From positions 1,116,001 through 1,180,000 of the forward strand of contig JAKMXF010000321.1 of assembly GCA_024704765.1 (NCBI GenBank): a DNA stretch of 64,000 bases. Reading direction: 5' to 3'. Source of the DNA: Oopsacas minuta (taxonomy: Eukaryota > Animalia > Porifera). Made by a program: the position numbers and the translations under genes. The notes below the pieces were generated by a model that made no database searches, was not told the origin of the DNA, and saw only the letters and a list, made by a program, of their open reading frames with translations. Positions 38,400 to 51,900 of this stretch are shown here, piece after piece. Position 1 is the stretch's first letter; each line of letters starts with the position of its first letter.

Positions 38400-40400
38400 T
38401 GCTAACAACATCCTAGACCTGAGAGAGAAGAAACATTCCTCGGCTGGCACGCCATTACCCGAAAATGTGCCGGGTCACTGGTTACTCTGATAGAAGACAT
38501 TCTTCGTATATATGGATATAGAAAATAACTGTGTTGGTCAGGTTCTAGATGGCGCTGCAGCAGTGAGGGAGGGCTAAGTGGAGTGAAAACGAGGATAATA
38601 TCTATGCATCCTCAGGATTTGTTCATCTATTGTGTAGGTCACGCACAATATTTGGTCCTCAAGCAAGGCGATATAGTAGTACCCGCTTGCGAACACGAAA
38701 TGTCTGTAGAGAAAATCATGTTAAGCGTACTTCAGCCTGGAAGGCTGAACATCAACGGAGAAGTGATGAGAGAACAAGTGATCAGGGAAAGGATAACGAC
38801 GAAGGAGACTCTGACAGCTAGGAAGAGTAGTGGATTGGTTTGTACGTGGAAAATATTGGCAAAGAAAAAGAAACTGTGATGTTACTCAGTGATCGAGATG
38901 GTTGTGCAACTAAGGGGTCGTTTCAAGATTTTAAACAATTATTCTTCACTGTTGGATTACTTTACACAGTCATTAAAAGTGGACGAATAGTCAAGTGTTA
39001 AGAATTCTTATCTAGCTAAAGCTAGAGAGTTTGTCAACCTACTAGATAACTACTGCACGTATTACAGCTTACGTGTATTCATAGACTACTATATAATACA
39101 GATAGGAAAGTAGTCGAGGAACGAATAAAAACGAAAGGCCATTTATATAAATCTCATAAAAGTTAAATTAACCCTTCAAAATTTGTGAATTGAACTTTTT
39201 TAAGGTTAGAAAATGTAACTAATCAGTTAAGACTACCTAAAGTTCAAGCGGCCATCTTTCATCTCGTTTAGGCGCATTCAATTCACGACATTAAAATTCA
39301 CACAAATGCTCATCAAAATAGAATTTTTTACTTTATGAAATTCTTGTATTTCAATGAATTAATGTCCTCTATTTATTCATACGGTATATAAAATTAGCCG
39401 TTTTCTTTAGAATATTTGTATCACATCTTAATAGCCTATTTTTGAAAATTCATAAATGTATTTTTGATAAATATATTATTTTATGTCACATGAAATAATT
39501 GCAATAAGCAATACTTAAAACATAGATTTAACTTGAGTGTGAATTACTTGTACGAATTCTAACAATATTAGCATAAAGTTAAATACAATACATTTTTTAC
39601 AAAAATATTTGAGAAAATGTTCAAATTATATAAATGCTAACGTCATCGCATAAATTGCGCCTAAACGAGATGAAAGATGGCCGTTTGAACCTTTTAGGTA
39701 GTCTTAACTCATTCTTCACATTTTCTAACCCTAAAAAAGTTCAATTCACAAATTTTGAAGGATTAATTTAACTTTTATGAGATTTATATAAATGGCCTCT
39801 TTTGTACTCGTTCCTCGGCTACTTTCCTATCTGTATTATATAGTAGTATATGGTGTATTGCAGGATGCGTACTCTATTATTAACCTGTACATCGTATCAT
39901 TCAATCTCCTACCTTGACCGGGATCATATAAGGACTACTCATGATCGGATGAGTCCGAAAGCTAAAGATTGGATCGCATAAACAGCATTCTACAAGAAAG
40001 TGATAACAGAAGCTGATGAAATAGGCTTATAGGGTCTTATTCTTGAGCGTGCCTCCGGGCGGGGGAGAAAGAGTAAATTTATGGCTGCTTTAGAAGAGGA
40101 TCAGCTTCTGCTCGTGCAACATGCTCCACCAATTCATAGGTCTATCCTGCTCGAACTGGTTGTGATTCGAGGAGGAAGTATGACTCCGCTGACATAACTA
40201 TTGTAGGTACATGGAGAAGCTATGTTCAAATCTGAGCGCGATATACAGATACTATGTGGTTGCTTTAATAATATCGCATGGAAAGGATTTTATCAGTACT
40301 GCTCAGTTGAAAATAATTCGTTCAGATTGGCGAAATGCACTGAAACAATACTATAGGATCTATGATCCTTTTTTAGCGCAGCTCCTATGCCCTAAGCATA
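38400..40400 (+). mobile_element. Decayed hAT (ZMYM1-like) transposase, split by a foldback insertion
   Basis: GQVLDGAAAVR and GVKTRIISMHPQDLFIYCVGHAQYLVL match the hAT GQxYDGA / HCxxHxLNL motifs. The continuation to the right of 39852 is weaker. Confidence 0.55.
39080..39852. mobile_element. Foldback MITE (family C, copy 1): about 195-bp TIRs, 7-bp TSD GTGTATT
   Basis: GTGTATT|CATAGACTACTATATAATACAG ... CTGTATTATATAGTAGTATATG|GTGTATT. Confidence 0.9.
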
Positions 40401-41539
40401 GGGACGTACGTCAGATGCCACATATCCTAAGTACGTCCACGCGGCCGTGCGAAATCTGACATTCCGATTCACATGAAAATTGTTATCGCACATATATTCA
40501 TTTTGGGTCGGCGATTTCCACTTTGGGCATTTATTTTTTCCAAAGTATAATTTTCACACCTTTCTCTATATTAAATTCAAAAGCATATTAGAGATTAGGT
40601 TAAATATGTCATAGATAATTGGGTGTGTAGAGTCCGATTTGAGATTTTCCGAGTCTGAAAGTTACAAATTCACAGTTTTATCATATGATTAATCATATTT
40701 TCACACCTTTTTGCACATATTTTGAAAGATCCTGGAGATTTCCTTTCTACTGTTAGTCAGGGGTAATTGTGAGTTTAGATTCCAATTGTATCTTTTCAAA
40801 TCTACGTATACTCAAATTATTTATCATAAGCCGAATTGCCCCTTGTATGCAGCTGGTAGCAGCAAAATCTATTAATATTTCCAAGGCCATTTTGAATATT
40901 TGGTGTATTTTAGGATTTTTCTTAAGTAACATGGTTAATGCAGGGTTGGTGTAAAATACATTAAGATGTATTTAAATACATACAAAAAACATTTCTAAAT
41001 GTATTTTATGGAACACAATTACTTTGTAAATGATCACCAAAGTATTTAAATACTTTTAAAATACTTTCCGACAATATTTCAACACTTCACAAATCTTCCT
41101 TAACAGTATAGATTATCTATTATACTAAGGAACATGGATCTATTAATTAACATTAACAATAGTCTCTCGTTAATACGAACACTTGGATAAGACGAACACA
41201 TTTTGACGGTCCCCTGGTGTTGTCTGTTCGCACACTTTCAAAAGAGCTTCTCTTGCATTTCGTTTATTCATTCTGGCCATCTTTGAGGTTTGGAAATTAT
41301 GTCAAATTAAATCTATTTATTTGTATATGCGAAATTAAGTCCTATTTATTTCAAAGTACGAACGAAGATTCTGAGGTGATATGCCAGCATAAGCGCTAAA
41401 TTTGAATTGTCAACTGCTGGTAATTGTAGACCTTTGTTGTTCGCATACTGATTATTTTCCACAAACTATTTGTATTAATTTATTCATATCAATATGGTCT
41501 TTGAAATATGATCTTTGAGACTTTTCTACTAATCTTGTG

Positions 41540-43080
41540 AAAAAATTCCTCTTCATCCTCTAATTTGAATTATCACCTGCTTGGGCATATAGTCTCGCTC
41601 TTTCATCGCAATCCGTATTTCCTCAGTTAACCAATCTGGAACAGTAGAATATTCTACTCCTTTTTCCTGCCAGGCGTGTGAGTCTAAGACATCTATTAGG
41701 AGCTCAATACACGAAAACCTCCTGTATACAACCTCAATTATGTTTGTTTCATCTCGACATTTAAACTTCAGTATTTCGTCAAATATAAATAGTAACACCA
41801 CCGTGATTCATTCCATTTGATCTATCTTTCCTCAATAATTTGTACCCTGGAACATTAAATTCATTATTTGTATGAGTAGGAGCTAACCACGTCTTGGACT
41901 TACAAAAATTGTCGCATTCTTTATTGGTTAGTAGAATAAGAACATCACAATCTTATCAGCAAGGCTTCAAATATTCCAATGAGAAATCTTTAAACCCTTC
42001 GGTAGGCCAAAGCCAGAGGAGACAGACCAGATTGTAAACCCATAATCTAATAGCTCCTTAGTTTGTTTTATGAAGTTTTGAAATTGTATGTATATGTAAA
42101 GCCTTTTTATGAAAATGGCAATTGGAAATTAACAATATTTGACAATGCAATGGAATTTATTAACTTTTGTAATACAAATTTGTTCAAAAAGTTTTGAACA
42201 GCCCCTTGTAGTTTTAAATATGTATACTGATATTCGCATGAGCCAATACATTTCATAGGACTACAGATTTTTTAGATGAGCCTTGTAATGATATATCCCT
42301 GTGTAAATGTGGCCTGCATGTTGCAAAAGTTTACGAACCCCTGACATAGAGCATAAACTTATATGCAAGAATATCATATATCAACATACAATATCTGATT
42401 TCTATGGTTTAGCTCCACTGTAGGTTATCTATATTTCTAATATGAAATTAATATTCTGTAATCTTACGATATCTTATTTGTGTGATTTGACTTTATATGT
42501 CTATCTGATTATAGTTATAATAGCAAGTATGTATATAAGAAATCAGTAAAATTATTCAGTCTCATTATTCAACAACATTTGATTGCTAAATTATAATGTT
42601 TTCAACTCGACTCGGAAATATATCCTTCAATATCAATTGTAAGTTGAAAACTTTCCTATAATTCGCTCTTTTCATTACATCCATGCTGATCGTCCGGCCC
42701 GCCAGGTCTAACACTCAGACTCGAACCTTCTCACTTTAGATACTTTCTAGTGATTCTAAGTATGAATCCTATTATAGGTCAAACCTAGATTATCCGAATT
42801 CAATTTGATCATTGAATTGAAGTGATCGTAATATTTTCCCATCTAATATATTTGATATTTACCACTTCTTATTTTGCCTTAAACAAGCTAAAATCTATTC
42901 AAATATCTTCTGTGACCCCCACAATATAATTTTTGTGCATTTTATTATCCAAACCAAGTATATGAACAAATTTAGTCTAAAAATTGATGAACTCTTCTTA
43001 TGCATCAAAAATTGACTTGGAGGTCATCAAAAACATCTATGGTCAAAGCTCCAAGAGGGTTGTCGGGCTCCAGGGCAACA
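41540..43080 (-). mobile_element. Highly decayed LINE (ORF1/endonuclease remnants)
   Basis: Fragments KISHWNI*SL (endonuclease start), PDWLTEEIRIAMKERD and a KRANI-like ORF1 motif. Confidence 0.4.
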
Positions 43081-43175
43081 GTCTTATTGGGCTGGACGAT
43101 GTGCGACGTCCGAGGTCCGTTCATCCCTCCGCGCGGACTTGCGAAATCTAGCAGTCCAATCAACATGAAAATTGG

Positions 43176-43215
<40 letters not shown>

Positions 43216-44866
43216 GTCGGAGATTTGCACCTCTAGTATGAATTTGCCTACCTGAAAGTAGCAATACATGTTCGTATTTGAGTTAAAATTGTATTTGAAA
43301 TTTATTGTTGATATTTGTCATTGGGCTAATTCATGGGTATATTTTTCAAAAAATGGAAAAAATCCATGAATTTGCCTATTCTCAGTGACAAATATCAACT
43401 AACCATTTCAAATAAATTTTAATAAAATGAAAATAAAATTTTGGCAAATTTCTATGGAAATTAATGAAACAAAGTCCCTATTAGGAGGCTTTGAAGTAAA
43501 TCGTGCAAGGGCCAATTCATTTTAAATTTCTTTGGAAAAACATAGTTTCGTTTACGTCAAAAAGGTGCTAAAATCTCGTGTTTGGGGCGGGAATTGGTTA
43601 AAACGAAGTGGTAAAATTTCGCTATATAGAATATGAATTAACAATATTATTTTTGATCCCCCTATCCCCCTATCGACGCCCCTGCATATGGAGCTGCGAA
43701 ACGTTTCTCATTTACAGTAGCCTAATTTGAATTATCTAAAAAATGTATATTGATTATCTGATTGAGACATAAGGGTTCGTTCGCTTTGTGACGAGGGTCT
43801 ACATTCATGGAATGAAAATGTTAGCAGTTCCATCTTTAAGAGTAAATGGTATGTGAAATTATGACACCAATTCTCGATGTCTCTGTACCGTACAACATAG
43901 AACATTACATCAACCATTCTCATACTTGTCAACGAGCTTCCTCCCTCTCAGTTTGAATTTCTATCAAACTTAGAGGGGGCAAGCTCTCTCATTTGAAAAA
44001 GAGCCTAGCATGGCCGCAGTCTCTCTTTTTTATTAACATGCATTGGGGCTAAAATGCCCAATGCATGTTATACAAATATCGATATCGGGGAAATCTCCTA
44101 ATAGATACGATATATCGAGAAAATGTAAAGCGATATTTGAAATATCCGAAATCTTTTGATTGTTTCGATATTTTTCAACCCAGTATATCGATGTCAATCC
44201 TTGACCTACGTATTTTCCTATCATTTATGTTTGTAGATGATCTTATTGCAATTTGGTCATAAATTTTCACTCATTTTCCTTTTGACCCCTATATTGTTCC
44301 ATTCACCTCATTTTGTGTCATTATCAAGGTTACAGAATAGTGCTTAGAGAAATCGTATCAAAATGTATTACACGGGTATAGGAAGTTGGGCATGTAGTTC
44401 ATATTGTCTTGAATGATTTTTGGCTAAAACTCTCGCAATAATCGAGTTATAAGTGGATATTGGCCAAAAATGTGCCATACATAACATTTGATATAACTCA
44501 ATAACGTGTCAACTTTATTATTACAAAATTTTATATTTTATGTGTAAACATCCTTAAATCACTTTATTTTAATTCTGGAATTGAAGAAGCACTAGTGATC
44601 GTTTATCAGAGCTTTAGAAAGGGGAATATTTTTAACAATATATCAAATGAAACCCTACGAGTAGTCTAATAAATCTATTCTAACCAGTGCGAACTTCGAA
44701 TTTCTGACTTGTGTAACTACCCCATAGCACTAGGATGCTGGTTAGAAGACCCTGTGATTTATGAATATGAATTGTTATTGTATAATTTAATATGACTCAT
44801 AAAATATTCAGAAATCATAGTAAACCTTTCACTAAAACTCTCAAAAGATCATATTATACTACATCC

Positions 44867-45109
44867 ATGACAGATAGTTTGGACTTACAACCACTTACCA
44901 GTACCATTGACGTAGGGGTAAATGAGCCCCAGACAAATCTGGACCTTCCTTCCATTTGTCTATGCATTGTGAATGACGAAGCAGCTAATCTAACTGATCA
45001 GCTAGTAATATACAATGAATCTTTGGGGGCTGCTACTGAAGATCATTTGCTCAAAGTAAAGCCAATTGAAGGGGGCGATGTAATTGAAGTGAAGAAACAG
45101 CATACAAAG
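44867..45109 (+). CDS. Possible first coding exon of the TRP gene (link unresolved)
   Basis: ATG 44867, open to AAG|GTATAT. It ends in phase 0 whereas the next confident exon needs phase 2, so an intervening exon would be required. Confidence 0.3.
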
Positions 45110-45577
45110 GTATATTTTTATAATTAAACATTGATACATTATTTTCATTTTGACACACTTTAGCCTATCAATTGGGAAACTTATCAATATTGAAAACGGA
45201 AATACAAATTTTCAAATTTTTCCGACGTCACTTTACGTACGTACAAATATTTAATGAAAACATGGTAAATTTGACGGTACAACGCGATATATAATCTTCT
45301 GGGGCTATGAAATTAACCCAAATGTACATCTGTAGCTCCAGAACTGACCAAGTTAAGATGGTTATTTTTGAAGAACAATTTGACTTGTGGCTTTAACGTC
45401 ATAACTCCGTAAGTTTTGGAGCTACAGATTAAGTCGATAGCTGTTCTATATTGGATTCTCTATTCTAGAGTTACTTTAGCTTAACTCCCATCGACGACAC
45501 GGTTTTTTGTCCACCGATTACCACATGCTATTTGCAGATTTTTCCAGTGAATATGATAAATTTTATCTGTTTAATAA

Positions 45578-46199
45578 CACTGTACAACAAATTTCAATTT
45601 GGAAACAAAACGAGAATCTGATTAGGTCGCTATAGTCAATTAGGATCTCCTGATTCCGAATATCAATACAGTTACTCAAACACGCAACAATTTTATAGAA
45701 TTCAACATGCAAAATGGGAAATTACAACAAATTACAAAATTATATATCAAAATATCATCTAGTCATGTAAAACCTGTGAAGATTATTAAACTACTTCGTA
45801 TTTAGAGCATATATATACCAGAACGAGCTAGTATAGGAAAAAATTGGTCATTTTACTAACGAAATCTAAATCACACATACAAAAAATGAAAAAATTACAC
45901 AATATCGTAAAATACAATACAAATAAAAGGTTTAGCCAATTCAGAGCTATTTCTTGGAATAAATGAATTCAACATAACCGCGAATTTTAATCCTCAAAGG
46001 TTTTACATAACTAGTTGATATTTAAGGAGAAACCTTTTGGTAATATATGACATTTTCTCAATTTGTGAGTTGAATTCTATAAAATTGTTGCGTGATTGAG
46101 TAAAACTGTATTCATATTCGGAATCAGGAGATCCCAATTAACTATAGCGACCTAATCGGGTTCTCGTTTGTTCCCAAAATGACAATTTATTGTACAGTG
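45578..46199. mobile_element. Chapaev3-type MITE with about 130-bp TIRs
   Basis: TAA|CACTGTAC ... GTACAGTG|TAA; 45578-45710 is the inverted match of 46070-46199. Confidence 0.75.
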
Positions 46200-46713
46200 T
46201 AATGAATTAATTCCACTCTGTGCACTATTCACAAATATGCTGTCACTAATTGATCAACTGCTTACTATTCTAGATTCTACAAAATCCTGAAAAGAGTGAA
46301 TCGGATGTTGACATGTAAGTTTCCTCCTACCTTTTATCCATTATTTGGAAATGTCCAGTTTCTCCCTATTTTACCTTGGCAATGTTTCAATAAATTTATA
46401 TTATCTTGGCATCTTCGCAAAGTGGTCGCAGACATTTGGGATGGGTCCGCAATCAGCGACTTACCATATGGTCAGTCGCTTATTGTGTATCCCGACAGTA
46501 GCAAAATTATTTTTATAATATATATATACTTCATATTTAGCTAAGTCTATATACAAGTACGAGACCTATATAATAATTTATAGGGAAACCAGACTGGTTC
46601 ATAATAGGAGAATGTTCAGGCTATACATGTTTACATAATGCCACCACAAAATTTAGTTGTGGCTAACCAACGAATTTCATTATTATTTACCGATACAATA
46701 TTGTAAGGCGTAC

Positions 46714-47491
46714 CATATACTACTATATAATACAGATAGGAAAGTAGCCGAGGAACGAATAAAAAAGAGAGGCCATTTATATAAATCTCATAAAAGTTAA
46801 ATTAATCCTTCAAAATTTGTGAATTGAACTTTTTTAAGGTTAGAAAATGTGAAGAATGAGTTAAGACTACCTAAAAGGTTCAAACGGCCATCTTTCATCT
46901 CGTTTAGGCGCAATTTATGCGATGACGTTAGCATTTATATAATTTGAACATTTTCTCAAATATTTTGCTAAAAAATGTATTGTATTTAACTTTATGCTAA
47001 TATTGTTAGAATTCGTACAAGTAATTCACACTCAAGTTAAATCTATGTTTTAAGTATTGCTTATTGCAATTATTTCATGTGACATAAAATAATATATTTA
47101 TCAAAAATACATTTATGAATTTTCAAAAATAAGCTATTAAGATGTGATCCAAATTATATTCTAAAGAAAACGGCTAATTATATATACCGTATGAATAAAT
47201 AGAGGACATTAATTCATTGAAATACAAGAATTTCATAAAGTAAAAAATTCTATTTTGATGAGCATTTGTGTGAATTTTAATGTCGTGAATTGAATGCGCC
47301 TAAACGAGATAAAAGATGGCCGCTTGAACTTTAGGTAGTCTTAACTGATTAGTTACATTTTCTAACCCTAAAAAAGTTCAATTCACAAATTTTGAAGGGT
47401 TAATTTAACTTTTATGAGATATATATAAATGGCCTCTCTTTTTTATTAGTTCCTCGACTACTTTCCTATCTGTATTATATAGTAGTCTATG
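46714..47491. mobile_element. Foldback MITE (family C, copy 2), inverted relative to copy 1; TSD GGCGTAC/GGCGTAT
   Basis: Near-identical reverse complement of 39080-39852. Confidence 0.9.
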
Positions 47492-48938
47492 GGCGTATTA
47501 AATATTTGAGGGGTGCGCACCCACACACCCCCCGGAGAATCCGTGCCTGGTAAAAAGGTGTGAATGTATGATTTATCATGTGATAAATCATGTAGATATT
47601 GGTTGGAAAATTGAAATCTACACACTCGATTACCATGACTAGTTTGTGAAACGAAATCTCTAGCATCATTTGAATAATATACAAAAAGTTGTGATATATG
47701 TAGTGGAACCGCACAAAGTGGAGTTTTTGTCAGAATTGGGTTTAGGTTGAGCCGTAGGCAATTTTGAATGAAATTGTATACAATAATTCAAGGAGAAATT
47801 CCCGAAGTAGGGTTAAATCGCATTAAACCTGCCGCTCTAAGACTTTTTAAGGTAAGGTACCTCATAAAATGGTTGAAGGAAGGATCTGTAATGAAGACAG
47901 CCAAGTGAATCTCCAAAAGTATTTTATATCTCATAACTGGGGTAAATATACTATGAAAATCCCAGGAGTAGGTCATGCGCCATGGGTCATAAGTCATAGC
48001 CCATCAATACTTTGATTCAATAATAATGTAGATCTATGTAAAAGAGACCAAGAGATCAATTTACCAGACCTGTAATAAGTGGTCTTTTCACTGGCTATTT
48101 TGAAGGCTAAGTCCGAGTCAACATTGCTAGACTCTGCAGTGCTAGAATTCTCCAACTAAATTTCATGAATGTGTGAGATGAAATTATCATTACATTATAT
48201 ATAATTATAATTGGTCAGACCGTATTTAAATGTGGTACGGTGGGGAGCACCAGTTTTCGACAATGGTCCTACGACTCTGCACTTCTTTCATTAGTTTATT
48301 TGTTAAGCAGGAATAATACTTTACAAATTGTCAATAATGTGTATAGACAGTATATATAACTGTAGATATAAATATAATTAACTAATTGTAGAATTTCGAG
48401 AAGATAAGGATGTTATTACATAACTAGAAATCCGGAAAGTGGTACGGCGCTTGCCGACCAGTCCTGCGGGATATACCGCCCCAGACTTTAGTAAATTTAC
48501 CAAAAGTTCAAACTTTTGAAAATTCTTCGGTCAAAAAATCTATATATCCAAATATACGAAGAGTTTGTTCCGTGAATCCGATTTCCAATTATCAAGTTTG
48601 ATACTTTACTGACAGACATCCTAACAATCCTAAAACTCCGTGTTTGAAGTATTAGTAGTCTGGTTTCCTGATCTCAACCAATTCTATTTGAAGGAATGGT
48701 TTTCCTAAATTGTATTACGATATCGGGGTTTCTGGCAAATTTTCGTACGCTTAGGGAATAATAATAAAATTTATGGGCCTATATTCGCGCCGCATACTCT
48801 TGGATAATATCCTGCTAGCTGCTTCAGCTCCCCCTAGTCCCCCTAAATTCGTCCCTGATTTAAAATCCATCCTCAAGTCTTGTGATGTATTCTCCTCAAT
48901 ATTTTGAACAAACTTATTAAAATCAATATTATTTATAG

Positions 48939-51900
48939 ATTCAAACATGTGCATGATCTCGTTAAAGTTCAGGAACCAGATGCACTCAGGTTGGCTATTT
49001 CTCAAGGTGTTTTGAGCACTGACACCGAGTTATCACAATCTGACGGAGACTCTCTACTACATTATGCTTCAAGGGTCGGGTCTGCTGAGTGTTTAAAATA
49101 TTTATTATTTGAAGCAATAACTGTGTTCCCGTTTAACTCGTTAAATGATGAAGGATTTAACATCCTTCACTCCGCAGTGGAAGGAGGTAAAATTGAAAAT
49201 ATCGATCTCCTTTTAAACTTTTTGTTAAAGTCAGAAGATGAAGCGTCTAGTGACTTACTTAAGAGTCATGAAGACTTTTTGAACGCTAAGACAACAACAG
49301 GTTACCTTACATTCCTTATTTGTATCATATTTATTATACTTGTACAAGTTTGGTTGCGCCGCGACTTCTATGTGCCCTGAAAGTTGTAATATCTATTTCA
49401 ATGAAGACTTTATGATACGTATTATACGTTTAGCGACTTTAGTCTAATTTTGGGGACGCAACTTCTAATAGGCTGATTTAGGTAATTTATTATTTTACAC
49501 GATTCGTTACTTTTCGAATTGTTTATGAGATATATGAACATAATTGAGGAATTTATACAATATTTGATCATTATGAGATCTATACAAGTTCTAACATTGC
49601 CAACTTCTCCTATTTCGAGATTGAATTAGTCCTTGGTTTGGAATTCTTGGAAACATCCAGATTTGTCTGAAGATGAAAATTTGCTAGGTTTTCTGTATTT
49701 TTACATTATTGTGTGTGTATTGTGTACTAACTCGTGTTTTTATTAGGGAACACTGCTCTCCATCTCTGCTCTATATTTTCTAAGAGAGATGCAATACGTC
49801 CATTATTAAAGGCTGGTGTTCACCTGAGTGAAGTAGATAACAACCAAAACACTCTCCTACATCTTGCTGCCGAGAAATCGCTTATCGAATTTTTCAAAAG
49901 AATCGCTAACTATCATATAACAGATAGAGGAGACAAAAGTGAAGCTCTTAGTAAGTTTGCCATACATTGCACACTTCATATTTCAGATATCTCTAATCTC
50001 TTTATATTTAATTATAAATCATTATTAAATGATTTTCTAGTTTTAGTTGTTATTAGTAAGTAATTATTACCCCGATTAACGCGTTGCTTGTGATAGCTAT
50101 ATAGCAGGTTTTTGGAAGCGCTTGGTTCAATTCCGCAACGCTGCACTGCTCAGTAATTATTTCGACTATCAAATTGAAATTGGAATTTTGCGTTCATGAA
50201 AACTATATCGATAGCGGTCATTATTTTTGCTACGTCGTTTCGCGACTTGGGGCGAAACTCAATTAACTAGAATATGTTGTCTTTTCGCGGTTTGGACTGT
50301 CTTCTATTTTGTGAATGTAAATCTTTGCGATTTCTGTCCACAAAATGAAGCATATTTAATGGTTCTATTTATTAGGTTAACAAAATGTATTAAATGTCTA
50401 ACAGATTTGCCTCTATCAAAAGTAATTAAAAGTCTACCAAAATTGATGAAATGTCTAAAAAAACTGATCAAAAGTCTAACAATTTGTATATATACTCTAA
50501 GCTAAGTAGCTATTTAATTAAATATGGAGTTAGAATATAAATCTCTCTACTTAAATTATATACAGTAGGCAATCCCAAAACCGAGGCACACCTCTCAGAT
50601 TTTGAGTTTTAGCCTACTTATACGGTACTTTAGTTCATTTTCCTTAATTTTTTGCATATCTTATATCATCATCCGATATTGGTTAGATCTTCCAACTTCC
50701 TCCATCCACCATGCCTTACATACTAAATGTAGGTATGTGGCAGTTACCATTTATCAGATTAATTCGGACAAACAGACAACCAACATAGTTTTATAGTACG
50801 TATAGTTGTATTGTTTTCATGCGAACTCTAAGCAGGGATTCCATTCTGGACACAAAAAAGGCGTGCAAATATTATTTGCAACGGTTTACTTGCTACTTTA
50901 TTTTCCTCCTTTTCTTATAGCATTATATTTACTCATTCTCTTTTTACTTGCTTCCCTGTTTTGCCATGCTATTTGGGTCGAGGTTGGGTGATTCCCACAA
51001 GAGTGGTGCGGCTTATTGTTACAGGAGGTGATTCTTAAGCTGTAGTTTGTCGACTCGTATTGAAGTGTGCAGGGGCGTGCCAGTTATGTAAACTGACCAG
51101 GTCAAACATGTTAAAGCTGTGGTATTACTAGCGCGCTACGTTTTCTAGGTCGCTGCCCGACGAGCCGTCACATACTCAGTAGTTTCCACAGATGTTGCTT
51201 AAGTTTCAAACGGCTAAATTTCTAGTGCTTTGGTAGCTACGCGATGGAATATACTCGACACTACATGCTTCAAATTTACAAACATTTGTGAATGTATATT
51301 ATCTATGGTATGGTCATCCAAATTACATTCAATAGTTTCTGTGGTTATAAATCACGGATGTACGGGCATTGTACATCGTCCATGCCTTTAGGGTATCCCC
51401 TAAGGAGCAGCACTTAAAATTTAATGGGTAGTTATCCATTTTACTTTATTTAGAGGAGCTAAAAGAGTGTTTTCTGCTTCAAAATAAAGACAAGAAGATT
51501 CCTGTCTTACTAACAGATGATAGGGCTACCATAGATATTATTTTAAAATATTCCAACGTTGATGCTGTAGTTGATAAAGAACTTGGTAGACTCATCCATA
51601 TATCAGCAGCAGAAGATAATCTCATATTAGCAGAGGCTCTGATTGATAAAAAGATCGATCTAAATATACCAAATAGCAAAGGCTTCTCGCCACTTAAGAT
51701 AGCAGCAAAGAGAGGAAATGTAATAGTTTTAGAGGCATTGCTCAAAGCTAAGGCTAACCCTAATTATATTGGTAAAAAGCTGCCTGGATTTTCTCCTTTG
51801 AATAATGCAGCTCAATTTGGTCAAATGGGTTGTGTGAAATTGTTGATTAAACACGGAGCTGATCTTGTCCACAAAGACATGACCAATACAATTATACATT

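Noticed and set aside
38540-38670. CTAGATGGCGCTGC read as a CTCF-like site or LTR primer-binding site
   Set aside because: It is the coding sequence of the hAT motif GQVLDGAA; no paired LTRs were found.
50105-50145. tRNA-like GGTTCAATTCC T-loop
   Set aside because: No cloverleaf, acceptor stem or A-box could be built.
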